NCBI GenBank assembly: GCA_963781585.1
Contig: CAWAGQ010000011.1
Coordinates: 160,001-224,000 of the forward strand
From: an uncultured Gemmatimonadaceae bacterium
GTDB lineage: Bacteria; Gemmatimonadota; Gemmatimonadetes; Gemmatimonadales; Gemmatimonadaceae
Direction: 5' to 3'
DNA length: 64,000 bases
Shown here: positions 33,034-44,122 of the stretch, one piece after another
How the letters are laid out: the number at the start of each line of letters is the position of its first letter
How positions within the stretch are numbered: position 1 is the first letter of the stretch
Notes under the pieces: generated by a model
The model's database searches: none
The model's input: the letters and a program-made list of their open reading frames with translations, nothing else
Told to the model about the DNA's origin: nothing
Position numbers and translations under genes: made by a program

Positions 33034-34158
33034 ATGGCCACGACTGTCGAGAACCAACCAGCTACTGCTGCACATCCACCGAGCCCCGTGTCACCGCGTG
33101 ACCCGCGAGCGCGAATTCGACGGGCCGTCATCGTCATCGCCGTCCTGATCGCGGCGGTGGTGGCCGGCACGTGGGGGTATCGAGCCTGGCGCTACTCCCG
33201 GAGCCACGAGTCCACGGAGAACGCGCAGGTCGATGGACACATCGTTCCGGTGCTCGCCAAGGTGGGGGGCTTCGTCAGCGAGGTCCGGGTCGCCGAAAAC
33301 GATACCGTCCGGTCCGGGGACACACTCGTTATGCTCGGCGACGAGGAGTACCGCGTGAAGCTGGCGCAGGCTGACGCCGACCTGGCTGCCGCTGCCGCCA
33401 TGGCTGGTGCTGGCGCCGGTGCGGCGACCGGACAGGCCCAGGCGCAGGTGGGCACCGCCACGGGACAACAGTCGGCCATCGACGCGCAGATCGTGGCCGA
33501 GCGCGCCGTCGCGGCGAGGGCGAAATCCGACCTCGCGCGTTATGAAACACTGGCGACCCGCCAGATTGTCTCGCAGGCCCAGCTCGACCAGGCGCGGTCC
33601 GCGGCGCAGGAGGCGGACGCGCGGGTGCAGGCGCTGGAACAACAGGCGGCCGCCGCCGGAGCCACGGTGACGAGTGCCGAAGCCGGCGTCAGGCTGGCTC
33701 ATGCCCGACTGTTGGCCGCCCGGGCGGCGCGCGCGAATGCGGCCCTGCAGCTCGAGTACACGCGGGTGCTCGCCCCCGAGGGGGGCGTGATCGCCCGCAA
33801 GCAGGTCGAGAAGGGGCAGCTCGTGCAGGCGGGTCAGCCGCTCATGGCCATCGTGGCCGACACCGGCGTCTGGATCACCGCGAACTTCAAGGAGACCCAG
33901 CTCGCCACGGTGCACGTGGGCCAGCTGGTGGAGATCGATGTCGACGCGTACCAGGGATGTACGGTCGAGGGCCGGGTACAGAGCATCAGCTCCGCGACCG
34001 GCGCGCGCTTCGCTCTGCTGCCGCCCGACAACGCCACCGGCAACTTCACGAAGGTGGTGCAGCACGTTCCGGTCCGCATCGACGTCACGCGCGGCTGCGG
34101 ACCCGACCGGCCGCTCCGCCCCGGCATGTCCGCGGTGGCCCATGTGCGCGTCCGATAG
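33034..34158 (+). CDS. HlyD/EmrA-family membrane fusion protein
   Basis: TENAQVDG, ANFKETQL, LLPPDNATGNFTKVVQ, LRPGMS. Confidence 0.93.
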   Translation: MATTVENQPATAAHPPSPVSPRDPRARIRRAVIVIAVLIAAVVAGTWGYRAWRYSRSHESTENAQVDGHIVPVLAKVGGFVSEVRVAENDTVRSGDTLVMLGDEEYRVKLAQADADLAAAAAMAGAGAGAATGQAQAQVGTATGQQSAIDAQIVAERAVAARAKSDLARYETLATRQIVSQAQLDQARSAAQEADARVQALEQQAAAAGATVTSAEAGVRLAHARLLAARAARANAALQLEYTRVLAPEGGVIARKQVEKGQLVQAGQPLMAIVADTGVWITANFKETQLATVHVGQLVEIDVDAYQGCTVEGRVQSISSATGARFALLPPDNATGNFTKVVQHVPVRIDVTRGCGPDRPLRPGMSAVAHVRVR

Positions 34159-34248
34159 ATCGCAGGAAACGCGATCGACGACCTCCCCTGCGCGTTCCGG
34201 GTCGATCCGCGCGGGTCGGCCGGAGCCGCTCACCCCGGTGCCTGACGA

Positions 34249-35868
34249 GTGACATCGGTTCCGGGAGCGCTCACGGGGAGGCACGGTCCAGCCGGCGTGG
34301 CCGCGCGGCCGGTCCCTCGCGATCGCGGCGAGCCGCACAAGTACCTCATCGCGCTCGCGGTCGTGCTCGCGTCGCTGATGCAGGTGATCGACACTTCGAT
34401 CGTCAACGTGGCCATCCCGCACATGATGGGCGAACTCGGCGCCAGCATCGACGAGATCGCCTGGGTGTCCACCGGCTACATCCTCGCCAGCGTCATCGTC
34501 ATCCCCATGACCGGCTGGCTGGCGGCGTTCTTCGGTCGCAAGCGGTACTTCACCACCTCGATCATCATCTTCACGATCGCGTCGTTCTTCTGCGGCGCGT
34601 CGGGTTCACTCGGCACCCTGATCTTCTGGCGGATCGTGCAGGGCATCGGCGGAGGCGCCCTCCTCGCCACATCCCAGGCGGTGCTGTACGAGGCGTTCCC
34701 AAGGGACGAAATCGGCACCGCGATGGCACTGTTCGGGGTGGGCGTGATGATTGGCCCAACGATCGGTCCCACGTTAGGCGGGTGGCTCACCGACAACTAC
34801 AGCTGGCCGTGGATCTTCTTCATCAACGTGCCGATCGGGATCGCGGCCGCGTCGATGGTGGTCGCCTACGTCCACGACACGGCATACCAGATCAAGGCGA
34901 AGACGGTCGACTACCTCGGGATCGTCCTGCTCGCGGTCTCGGTCTCGTCGCTCCAGTATCTGCTGGAGCATGGCCAGCGGGAAGGCTGGTTCGAATCATC
35001 GCTCATCCTGGCGCTGGCCGTGGTCGGGATTGTGGCCGGCTGCGCGCTGGTGTGGCGTGAACTCACGGTCGACGAGCCGGTGGTGGACTTCCGCATCCTC
35101 CGACACCGCGACGTCACCATCGGCATCGTGATCGGGGTGGTCTTCGGGGTCGGACTCTTCGGCTCGGTGTTCGTCCTCCCGATCTTTCTCCAGGGCATGC
35201 TGCACATGTCCGCCTGGCAGACCGGGTGGGTGATCTTCCCCGGCGCGGTGGCGACCGCCATCTCCATGGCAATCGTCGGCCGCATCACCAACTACGTCGA
35301 TGCCCGACTGTTACTGACGGTGGGAACGTCGCTCTTCTTCTATTCGATGTGGGGGCTCGCCCACATGACCGCGACGGCGGGTGCCCAGGACTTCTTCCTG
35401 CCGCTCGTCTGGCGCGGCCTCGGGTTGGGGATGATGTTCGTTCCCCTCACCAACATCACGCTCGCCGACCTCAGCCTGCGCGAGCTGGCGCAGGGGACGG
35501 CCTTGTCGAACTTCCTGCGCCAATTGGGTGGCTCGTTCGGCATCGCCACCATGGCCTCGCTGCTCACCCGGTTCACCAGCCAGGCGAAGAATGTTCTGGT
35601 TGAACACGTGTCGGCGTACGACCCGGCCACGCTGGAGCGACTCTCGATGTTCACGCGCGGGTTCATGGCACGCGGCATGGATCCCGAGACGGCGCGCCGG
35701 ATGGCCCTGACCGCCATCGACAACCAGGTGCTGGGGCAGGCCAACGTGATCGCCTTCGGCAAGGTGTATTTCCTCAGCGGTCTGCTCCTGCTTTCGACAC
35801 TGCCGCTGCTGCTCTTCGTCAAGAAGACGTTGCCCACCGACGAAGGCCCGCGCGCGCACGCCGAGTAG
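34249..35868 (+). CDS. DHA2 (EmrB/QacA) MFS efflux permease
   Basis: DTSIVNVAIP, WV.T.Y, FGRKR, RIVQGIGGG, GPTLGGWLTD..SWPWIFFINVPIG. Confidence 0.94.
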   Translation: MTSVPGALTGRHGPAGVAARPVPRDRGEPHKYLIALAVVLASLMQVIDTSIVNVAIPHMMGELGASIDEIAWVSTGYILASVIVIPMTGWLAAFFGRKRYFTTSIIIFTIASFFCGASGSLGTLIFWRIVQGIGGGALLATSQAVLYEAFPRDEIGTAMALFGVGVMIGPTIGPTLGGWLTDNYSWPWIFFINVPIGIAAASMVVAYVHDTAYQIKAKTVDYLGIVLLAVSVSSLQYLLEHGQREGWFESSLILALAVVGIVAGCALVWRELTVDEPVVDFRILRHRDVTIGIVIGVVFGVGLFGSVFVLPIFLQGMLHMSAWQTGWVIFPGAVATAISMAIVGRITNYVDARLLLTVGTSLFFYSMWGLAHMTATAGAQDFFLPLVWRGLGLGMMFVPLTNITLADLSLRELAQGTALSNFLRQLGGSFGIATMASLLTRFTSQAKNVLVEHVSAYDPATLERLSMFTRGFMARGMDPETARRMALTAIDNQVLGQANVIAFGKVYFLSGLLLLSTLPLLLFVKKTLPTDEGPRAHAE

Positions 35869-35995
35869 CCCGGCTGCGCCGAGCGCACGGGCTCTGTTCG
35901 CGGATTGCCTCTGGCCAACGCGAACGGCGTCCGCCATATCATATGAAGGAGCAGCGGTCAGCCATCAGCCATCGTCAGCGATCGGAGGCATCCCC

Positions 35996-36469
35996 ATGCC
36001 GCTACAGAAGCTGAGGGAGTTCCTCGATCGGCACAGCGCGAAGTATGTGACCGTATCGCACTCACTGGCCTACACGGCCCAGGAGATCGCGGCGTCGGCG
36101 CACGTGTCGGGCAGGGAAATGGCGAAGACGCTCATGGTGAAGCTGGACGGCCGGCTCGTGATGGTCGTGCTGCCGGCGTCCGAGAAGCTCGACTTCGATC
36201 TGCTGAGAGACGCCACCGGCGCGCGCACCGCGGAGCTCGCGACCGAGAACGAGTTCGCCGGACTGTTCGTGGGTTGTGAGCTGGGTGCGATGCCGCCGTT
36301 CGGCAATCTCTATGGTGTGGACGTGTACGTGTCCAGCGGACTCGCCCGGGACGAAGAGATCGCGTTCAACGCCGGATCGCATACGGAGCTGGTTCGGATG
36401 TCGTACGCCGACTTCGAGCGCCTCGTGAAACCGACGAAGATCGTCTCGATCGCCCAGCGCCCGCGGTAG
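35996..36469 (+). CDS. YbaK/EbsC aminoacyl-tRNA editing family protein
   Basis: GGAGG RBS; AKT, GAMPPFG, FNAGSH. Confidence 0.88.
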   Translation: MPLQKLREFLDRHSAKYVTVSHSLAYTAQEIAASAHVSGREMAKTLMVKLDGRLVMVVLPASEKLDFDLLRDATGARTAELATENEFAGLFVGCELGAMPPFGNLYGVDVYVSSGLARDEEIAFNAGSHTELVRMSYADFERLVKPTKIVSIAQRPR

Positions 36470-36727
36470 TAACGTAGAGAAAGGCTCTCCCGTGGGCTGA
36501 TCCAGGACGCGGATCTCGCCGGCGACCAGGCTCAATTCCGGAGCTGTGGGCTCTGCGACCTCTGTGCTCTCCGTGGTTCAGACGACTCGTTCCTGTTCAC
36601 AGCGAGCATCACAAACGCAGAAGGCGGCGCTGGCGCATGTGGCGACCCACGAGCCTCTTCACGCTGCGGCTCGAGCGATTGGCTGCGGAAAGAGCTGCCC
36701 GTGAATCCTCCGCGTGCTCCGCGGTGT

Positions 36728-39184
36728 TCAGCTTTCGCGCAGTACCCGCATCGGCTCCACCCGCGCCGCGCGCCGTGCCGGCACGTAGCTGGCCACCAGC
36801 GCCACCCCCATCAGCAGCAGCGCCACGCCAACGAACGAAAGCGGATCCGTGGCGGCGACCCCGAACAGGAAACGCGTCAGCAGGCCGGTGAGCGCAAAGG
36901 CGATTGCCGCGCCCACCACCACCCCGATTCCCGCCAGGAGCCCGCCCTCGCCCAGCACCATCCGCACTACATCGCCGGTCCGAGCGCCTAACGCCACGCG
37001 CACGCCGATCTCCCGTGTGCGCTGGGTCACCAGGAACGCGATCACGCTGTACACCCCCAGCGTTGCCAGCACCAGGGCCGCGCCGCCGAACACGCCCACC
37101 AGCACGAGCAGAAACCGCCGGTCGGCCAGCGAGCTCGCCACGATGGTCTCGATCGTCCGGAATCGCGGCGGCACGTCGGGACGCAGCGTGCGCACGATGC
37201 GCTGCACCGGCCCAATGACGGTAGCCGGCGCCGTTGATCGAATAACGACGTTGATCGAGCTCACCGCGTTCGGTCGCTGGCGGTAGAACGCGTAAAACGT
37301 CGGGCGGGGATCAGCCGCCAGACTGGCCTCGTGCACGTCTCCAACCACGCCCACGATCGTGAAGGGCGTGATGTCGCCATCCATGTTGCCGAACTCGATG
37401 ACCTTGCCGATCGGATCCACACCGGGCCAGCGCGTCTTCGCCAGCGATTCGCTGATCAGCGCAACATGGGGCGCGTCGGGCGCGTCGCGATCCTCGAACA
37501 GCCGGCCGCGCAGCAGCGGGATCCCCATCGTCGGGAAATAGCCCGCGCTGGCCACCCGGAACTCCGCGTACCCGGTCCGCGTGGAGTCGTGCATCAGTGC
37601 TTCCATGTTCGACCGATCCAGAGGCTCGTTCACGCTGCGCATGATGAGAAACGTGCCATTGCCGGCGCTCGACTCCGTGAGCGGGAATGCGCTCACTCCC
37701 CCGACTCCGGTCACGCCGGGCAGCTGTCCGATCTGCGACAGCAGGTCGTCGTAGAACCGAACCAGCTCCCGCCTCGCCCCTTCATTGCCCGGGTACGGGA
37801 GCGCCACGTCGAGCACCGTCGCCCGGGTCGTGCGAAACCCGGGGTTCACGTCAACCAGGTGGAGAAAGCTCCGGCCCAGTAGCCCCGCGCCAACCAGCAA
37901 CACGAGCGTCAACGCAATCTGCGACACCACCAGCGTCGAGCGGATCCGGACGCCCGACCCCACGCCCGACTGCGTGCGCTGCGATTCGGCCAGCGCTTCG
38001 CGCAGCTCGCCGCGCGTCCCCCGCCAGGCGGTCAGCAGCCCCAGCGCCACCGCCGCCAGCACCGAGACGCCTAACGCGAATCCGAGCACCGGCAGATCCA
38101 CCCGCACTTCGCCCACCCGCGGCAACTTCCCGGGATCGAGAACGAGCAGCGCTTTCACCCCCTCCCACGCCAGAAGAACACCAAGGAGTCCACCCATCAG
38201 GCTCAACACCAGGGATTCGGCGAGGAACTGCCGCGCCAGACGCCCGCGTCCCGCTCCCAGCGCCAGCCGCAACGCCACCTCGCCGCGCCGCGCCGACAAG
38301 CGCGCCACCAGGAGGTTCACCACGTTGGCGCACGCGATCGCCAGCAGCAGGATCGCGGCACCGAGCAGTACCAGCAGCGCGGGCCGCACGTCGCCCGTCA
38401 TCTGCTCGCGCAGTGGAACGACGGCGGCGTCGGTGAGATTGACGAAGTCGCCGTATTGCGACTTGAGCCGTCGCGAGATGGCGGTCATCTCGCGACGGGC
38501 CGTCTCCAGGGAGACACCGTCCCGAAGCCGCCCCAGCACCCGCCAGTTGTGCGCCGTGCGGCTCGGATACCGCTGACTGAGCTCGCGCGGCATCCACAGA
38601 TCGACCCCCACGGGGAAATCGACCTGCGGCGGCATCACGCCCACCACCGTGTAGGTCGCCCCCTCCATGGCGAGCGTCGCCGAGCCGACGGCCGACGGAT
38701 TGGCGCCGAGGTAGCTCCGCCAGAATGCGTCGCTCACGACAACGGTCCCCGGCCCACCAAACGTCTGCTCGTCGCGAGAGAAGAGACGACCCCGCGAGGG
38801 ATGCACCCCGAGCGCCGGAAAGAAGTCGGCCGAGACACTCGCCGCGCGGACGCGCGCCGGCTCCGATCCGCCGGACACCGACACCACGCTTCCGCCGGTG
38901 AACTCCGCGAGGGCGGCAAAGCTATGGCTCTGCGATCTCCAATCCTCGAAATTCGGATCCGCCGCATTCATCTGATGGCCGCTCGCACCCACCTCCCAGA
39001 CCTGCACGATCCGGTCGGCGCCGGGATACGGAAGTGGGCGCAGCAGCACGCCGTTGATGACCGAGAAGATGGCGGTCGTGGCACCGACGCCAAGTCCGAG
39101 CGTCAGAACCGTGACGCCGAAGAAACCGGGTGTGCGCAACAACGCGCGGGTCACATAGCGAATGTCGCGGAGGAAGGAATCCAT
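36728..39184 (-). CDS. Duplicated MacB-like ABC permease (ADOP-type orphan permease)
   Basis: DIRY..R.L.RTPGF, LRPLPY, IACANVVNLL, R.ALGA twice, RRAARVEP; no ATPase domain. Confidence 0.9.
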   Translation of the reverse strand: MDSFLRDIRYVTRALLRTPGFFGVTVLTLGLGVGATTAIFSVINGVLLRPLPYPGADRIVQVWEVGASGHQMNAADPNFEDWRSQSHSFAALAEFTGGSVVSVSGGSEPARVRAASVSADFFPALGVHPSRGRLFSRDEQTFGGPGTVVVSDAFWRSYLGANPSAVGSATLAMEGATYTVVGVMPPQVDFPVGVDLWMPRELSQRYPSRTAHNWRVLGRLRDGVSLETARREMTAISRRLKSQYGDFVNLTDAAVVPLREQMTGDVRPALLVLLGAAILLLAIACANVVNLLVARLSARRGEVALRLALGAGRGRLARQFLAESLVLSLMGGLLGVLLAWEGVKALLVLDPGKLPRVGEVRVDLPVLGFALGVSVLAAVALGLLTAWRGTRGELREALAESQRTQSGVGSGVRIRSTLVVSQIALTLVLLVGAGLLGRSFLHLVDVNPGFRTTRATVLDVALPYPGNEGARRELVRFYDDLLSQIGQLPGVTGVGGVSAFPLTESSAGNGTFLIMRSVNEPLDRSNMEALMHDSTRTGYAEFRVASAGYFPTMGIPLLRGRLFEDRDAPDAPHVALISESLAKTRWPGVDPIGKVIEFGNMDGDITPFTIVGVVGDVHEASLAADPRPTFYAFYRQRPNAVSSINVVIRSTAPATVIGPVQRIVRTLRPDVPPRFRTIETIVASSLADRRFLLVLVGVFGGAALVLATLGVYSVIAFLVTQRTREIGVRVALGARTGDVVRMVLGEGGLLAGIGVVVGAAIAFALTGLLTRFLFGVAATDPLSFVGVALLLMGVALVASYVPARRAARVEPMRVLRES

Positions 39185-39478
39185 GGTGTCCCCTGTGGAT
39201 CGAGGGCGGCGACGTACGGTTGTCGGCTGCCTGCTAACTCGAAGGAATCGCGCGAGGTCGATCCGGGTCGACTACGGAACGCACCCCTGTCCGGATTCGA
39301 CAGTGCAAGGCGCCGAACAGGTTTCGGTCGCGCGCCGGGTCCATCACGCCCCGTTCGGCCACGGCAGGCACATAGAGTACGTTGCCGGCGACTGACTGAG
39401 AAGCCCCGGGAATCCGCTCGCTGGTAGCCGCTCCAGTCACGGCGCCCTACATTTGCGCGGTCGTTCAGCTCAGGACGC

Positions 39479-42400
39479 GTGACCACAGACATCAGGACGC
39501 AACTTCAGGCGACACTCGGCGCTGCCTACACCCTCGAGCGTGAACTCGGGGGCGGCGGCATGTCGCGTGTGTTCGTGGCCAACGAGACCGCGCTCAACCG
39601 CAAGGTGGTCGTGAAGGTCCTGCCCCCCGACCTCGCGGCTTCGGTCAGCGTCGACCGCTTCAAGCGCGAGATCCAGGTCGCCGCAGCCCTCCAGCACCCC
39701 CACATCGTTCCCGTGCTGGCCAGCGGCGAAGTGGAAGGCCTGCCCTTCTACACCATGCCGTTCGTCGATGGAGCGAGCCTGCGCGCGCGACTCGCGGGCG
39801 GCCCCCTTCCCATCCCCGAGATCACGGCCATCCTGCGCGACGTGGCCAAGGCATTGGCGTTCGCGCACGATCGCGGCGTCATTCACAGGGACGTGAAGCC
39901 GGACAATGTGCTGCTCACAGGCGGCAGCGCGACGGTCACCGACTTCGGCATCGCCAAAGCGCTGAGCGCATCACGCCTCGAAGGGGTCGCGGCAGCCACG
40001 CTTACCCAACTCGGCACGTCGCTCGGCACACCGGCGTACATGGCGCCCGAACAGGCGGCGGGCGACCCGTCGGCCGATCATCGTGCCGACATCTATTCAT
40101 TTGGCGCCATGGCGTACGAGCTGCTGACCGGCCAGCCGCCGTTTCACGGACTGTCGCCGCAGAAGCTCCTCGCGGCGCAAATGGGAGAGCGCCCCGTACC
40201 GGTGTCCGACCTTCGTCCCGACACGCCGCCGGTGCTGGCCGAGCTGGTGATGCGCTGCCTCGAAAAAGAGGCGCAAGCACGGCCACAGCGCGCCGCCGAT
40301 ATCCTGGCCGCGCTCGACTCCTCAACCAGCGCCGGGTCGCAAGCCGCGATGCCCGCCGTGCTGCTGGGAGGGCGTGGGGCGCTGAGGAAGGCGCTTGCCA
40401 TCTACGCCGGCGCCTTCATCGTCGTGGCCGTGCTGACCAGGGCGGCGATCGTCGGCATCGGGCTTCCCGATTGGGTCTTTCCCGGCGCGCTGATCGTCAT
40501 GGCGCTCGGACTCCCGATTATCCTCTTTACGGCCTACGTGCATCGCGCCACGCAGCGGGCGCTCACCGCCACCCCGACGCTGACCCCCGGCGGTTCGGCG
40601 GCGCCGGCCTCGACCATGGCCACCCTCGCCATCAAGGCCGCGCCGATGATGAGCTGGCGTCGCACCACGATGGGCGGCGTGTATGCGGTGGGCGGCTTCA
40701 TTGTCCTGGTCGGTGCCTGGATGCTGATGCGCGCGTTAGGCATCGGACCGGCCGCGTCGCTCATGGCGGCCGGCAAGCTCGACGCGCGGGAACGCGTCAT
40801 CCTCGCGGATTTCAAGGGTCAGTCCGAGGATTCCACGCTGCGCCTGACGGTTACCGAGGCGTTCCGCGCAGACCTCGCGCAATCCAACGCACTCACGGTG
40901 ATGTCCGCCAACTCCGTTCGCGAGACGCTCCGTCGGATGCAGCGCCCGATCACCACCCCGGTGGACTATCCCGTGGCCCGGGAGATCGCCACCCGCGAAG
41001 GCATCAAGGCCGTCATCGAAGGCGAGGTCCTGAGCCTCGGCGGTCGCTACGTGCTGTCGGCGCGCCTGGTGGCCGCCCAGACGGGCGACGAGCTCGCGAG
41101 CTTCAGCGAGAATGCCAGCGACGCCAACGACATCATTCCCGCCATCAGCCGGCTGTCGAAGAAGCTGCGCGCCAGGACCGGCGAATCGCTCCGGAATATC
41201 CAGAACGCACGGACGCTGGAGAAAGTGACAACCCCGTCCCTCGACGCACTGGAGAAGTACATGTCGGCCATCCGGGCGATGGAGATCGACGGGGATTTCG
41301 CACGGGGCCGCGAGCTCCTCGAGCAGGCGATCGCCATTGACACCGGATTCGCCATGGCCTACCGCAAGCTCGCGGTCGAATTGAACAACCGCGGGCTGGA
41401 GCCGGCGCGCGTCTCCGAAGCCATCCAGCAGGCGTACGATCACCGCGAGCGGCTCAGCGAATCGGAGCGATACCTGACGGAGGCGATCTACTACTCGTAC
41501 GGACCCCATCCGGACGCATCCAAGGTGACATCCGCGTACGAGACACTCCTGCAGCGCGATCCGGAAAACACCACCGCCCTGAACAACCTCGCCATCGTGT
41601 ACATGTTCCGGCGCCAGTTCGCGCGCGCGGAAACGCTGCTGGTACGCGGGGTCGGGCTCCAGAACGCCGCGGCCGTATATCACGTGAACCTGATCGAAGC
41701 GCAGCTGGAGCAGGGGAAGCTCGCCGAGGCCGAGGCGACTGTGACACGGGCGGTGACCAGCCTGCCTCGGAATCCCGGCATCGCCATGTACGTGCGGGGC
41801 CAGTACGAGCTCGCGCGCGGGAAGTTCGACGACGTCGCGCGGTTTGTCGACAGCATTCGCGCCGACCGCGGTGGAGATCTGTCCACGCAGCGGGACGCGG
41901 ACCTCATGCTGGCCACGCTGTCTGCCGTCCGGGGCAAGTTACAGGACGCCGTCCGCTGGAGGCGCACGTCGCGGGACGCCGCGCTGCAGATCGGGGCGCC
42001 GCAGGCGAAGCTCCGAACCACGCTCGATGAAGCGGTCGTCGACATGTGGTATCGCGACCGGAAGGACGAAGCTGTCAGGGGTGTTGACACAGCACTTCGT
42101 CAGGGCGCCCTGGATTCCTTGCGGGCGGACCTGCGCCCCTACGAAAACCTGACATGGTTCTACGCTCGAGCGGGTCAGGTGGCACGAGCCAGAGCCATGC
42201 TGGCTGGTTATGACAGCACCCGGTCCGCACAGGAACCCGAGCAATTCGCCGCGGCCCAGCATCGCATGCAGGGGGACATCGCGCTCGCCGAAAGCCGATG
42301 GGATGACGCAGCACGCGAACTGCGCGCCGGACAAACCGGCGAGTGCACCACCTGCACCCTTCCCGACCTCGCCCGTGCCTACGACCTCGCCGGCAATGCC

Positions 42401-42652
42401 GACTCCGCCATCGCCGTCCTGTCGCGCTACCAGAGCGCCGGATATCGAGATTTGGCCACCGATGCTGTAAACCTCGCCGGCTCGCACAAGCGGCTCGCCG
42501 AACTGTACGACGCCAGGAACGATCGCCAGAACGCGATGTCCCAGTACGCGCAGTTCATCGAACTCTGGAAGAACGCCGATCCGGAGCTGCAACCCCTGGT
42601 GAAGCAGGCGCGCGACCGCCTCGCGACGCTCCAGCGCGCCGAGCGCAAGTGA
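39479..42652 (+). CDS. Membrane Ser/Thr (Hanks) protein kinase with TolB-like/TPR ectodomain
   Basis: LGGGGMS, VVVK, HRDVKPDN, DFG, GTPAYMAPE; three hydrophobic helices; TPR repeats; W.NADPELQP tail. Confidence 0.93.
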   Translation: MTTDIRTQLQATLGAAYTLERELGGGGMSRVFVANETALNRKVVVKVLPPDLAASVSVDRFKREIQVAAALQHPHIVPVLASGEVEGLPFYTMPFVDGASLRARLAGGPLPIPEITAILRDVAKALAFAHDRGVIHRDVKPDNVLLTGGSATVTDFGIAKALSASRLEGVAAATLTQLGTSLGTPAYMAPEQAAGDPSADHRADIYSFGAMAYELLTGQPPFHGLSPQKLLAAQMGERPVPVSDLRPDTPPVLAELVMRCLEKEAQARPQRAADILAALDSSTSAGSQAAMPAVLLGGRGALRKALAIYAGAFIVVAVLTRAAIVGIGLPDWVFPGALIVMALGLPIILFTAYVHRATQRALTATPTLTPGGSAAPASTMATLAIKAAPMMSWRRTTMGGVYAVGGFIVLVGAWMLMRALGIGPAASLMAAGKLDARERVILADFKGQSEDSTLRLTVTEAFRADLAQSNALTVMSANSVRETLRRMQRPITTPVDYPVAREIATREGIKAVIEGEVLSLGGRYVLSARLVAAQTGDELASFSENASDANDIIPAISRLSKKLRARTGESLRNIQNARTLEKVTTPSLDALEKYMSAIRAMEIDGDFARGRELLEQAIAIDTGFAMAYRKLAVELNNRGLEPARVSEAIQQAYDHRERLSESERYLTEAIYYSYGPHPDASKVTSAYETLLQRDPENTTALNNLAIVYMFRRQFARAETLLVRGVGLQNAAAVYHVNLIEAQLEQGKLAEAEATVTRAVTSLPRNPGIAMYVRGQYELARGKFDDVARFVDSIRADRGGDLSTQRDADLMLATLSAVRGKLQDAVRWRRTSRDAALQIGAPQAKLRTTLDEAVVDMWYRDRKDEAVRGVDTALRQGALDSLRADLRPYENLTWFYARAGQVARARAMLAGYDSTRSAQEPEQFAAAQHRMQGDIALAESRWDDAARELRAGQTGECTTCTLPDLARAYDLAGNADSAIAVLSRYQSAGYRDLATDAVNLAGSHKRLAELYDARNDRQNAMSQYAQFIELWKNADPELQPLVKQARDRLATLQRAERK

Positions 42653-43830
42653 GCCCCGACCTCGCCGCGCGCACCTCGCTGCTCGCCGGCGAGGGTGCGC
42701 TGGATGTCTTCGCGCGCGCGCGGGCCCTCGAGCGCGAGGGCAGGGAAGTCATCCATCTGGAGCTGGGCGCCCCCGATGTGAGTGCCCCACCGCATGCGAC
42801 CGAGGCGGCGATCCGGGCGCTCCGCGAGGGCGACGCGCGCTACGTCGCCCCGGAGGGGATTCCGGAACTCCGGGCAGCGATCGCCGCGGATGCCCGCTCC
42901 CGCGGCATCGACGCCTCCGCCGAGAACGTGCTCGTCACCCCGAGTGCCAAGACCGCGGTGTTCTATTGCCTGCTGGCCACGGTGGAGGCGGGATGCGAGG
43001 TCCTGGTTCCCGACCCGGGCTTCCCGATCTACCCCTCGGTCGCCCGGTTCGCCGGCGCGACTCCAGTGGGCTATTCGGTGGATGCCCGGAACGCTCCGGA
43101 CGTGGATGACATCGTGGCGCGCCTCACGCCCCGCACTCGGGTCCTGTGCCTCAACTCACCCAACAACCCCACGGGTGGCGCGCTGTGCGCAAGCGCCCTG
43201 GAGCGGCTGGCCGGCCTGGTTGAGCGGCATGACCTCATTGTTGTGGCCGATGACATCTACTCGCGGCTGGTCTTCGAGGGTGCCCGGGCGCCCTGCATCG
43301 CGGCCTTCTCCCAGGCGGCCTCGCGCTCCCTCATAGTGGACGGATTCTCGAAGACATACGCCATGACCGGATACCGGTTGGGATACGTGGTCGCACCGCG
43401 CCGGTGGATCCCGGCCCTGACCACGCTCGCGGTGAACGGACACACCTGCGTGGCGCCGTTCATCCAGCGAGCCGGCGTCGCTGCCTTGACCGGACCACAG
43501 GACGCGGTCAAGTCGCAGGTGGTGGCCTATCGCTCCAGGCGCGACCAGCTCGTTCGCGCCCTGAACGAGATCCCCGGAATCGACTGCCCGCTTCCGTCCG
43601 GGGCCTTCTACGCCTTCCCGAGCCTCAGCCGGATACTGGCGCGACATGGGCTGTCATCGCGTCAGTTTGCCGACATCCTCCTCGAGGACCATGGCGTTGC
43701 GACGATCGACGGCGCCGCATTCGGCAGCCGAGGTGAGGGGTGTCTTCGACTCTCGTTCGCGTCGGCTCAGGTCGATCTAGACACCGCCGCATGCCGCATC
43801 CGGGACGCCGTCTCGGGGATCGAGAAGTAG
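42649..43830 (+). CDS. PLP-dependent aminotransferase class I/II
   Basis: GTGA overlap with the kinase; GIPELR, NSPNNPTG, DDIY, GFSKTYAMTGYRLG, GAFY, LRLSF. Confidence 0.93.
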   Translation: MSPDLAARTSLLAGEGALDVFARARALEREGREVIHLELGAPDVSAPPHATEAAIRALREGDARYVAPEGIPELRAAIAADARSRGIDASAENVLVTPSAKTAVFYCLLATVEAGCEVLVPDPGFPIYPSVARFAGATPVGYSVDARNAPDVDDIVARLTPRTRVLCLNSPNNPTGGALCASALERLAGLVERHDLIVVADDIYSRLVFEGARAPCIAAFSQAASRSLIVDGFSKTYAMTGYRLGYVVAPRRWIPALTTLAVNGHTCVAPFIQRAGVAALTGPQDAVKSQVVAYRSRRDQLVRALNEIPGIDCPLPSGAFYAFPSLSRILARHGLSSRQFADILLEDHGVATIDGAAFGSRGEGCLRLSFASAQVDLDTAACRIRDAVSGIEK

Positions 43831-44082
43831 AGTATTCGGCTGTCCAACACAGCGAATGCGCCAGTGGCCCCACACATCATGCAACGAGTGATGTGAGTCT
43901 GCTAATATAATGTAAATCCTGCTGTTATATGCATCGCTGACTCATCCGTTCCATCGCGCTGATTATCTAGTGCGATTGTACTGTCGCCTCGCTGTCGAAT
44001 TCCACGGTTCGCTGCTAGTTGAGCGCAATCTGCGCGGATCTGTCTTCCTAAGGCTGGAAAGGAAGAACGCCGCTCTGCTGGC

Positions 44083-44122
44083 TTGCAATTCAGGAGCTGT
44101 GCTGTATTATTCATCCATGAAT
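44083..44122 (+). promoter_or_regulatory. Promoter TTGCAA-16-TATTAT with operator ATTCAT-CC-ATGAAT over the start codon
   Basis: The -10 box ends 7 nt before ATG 44117; the palindrome recurs at 44624. Confidence 0.6.
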
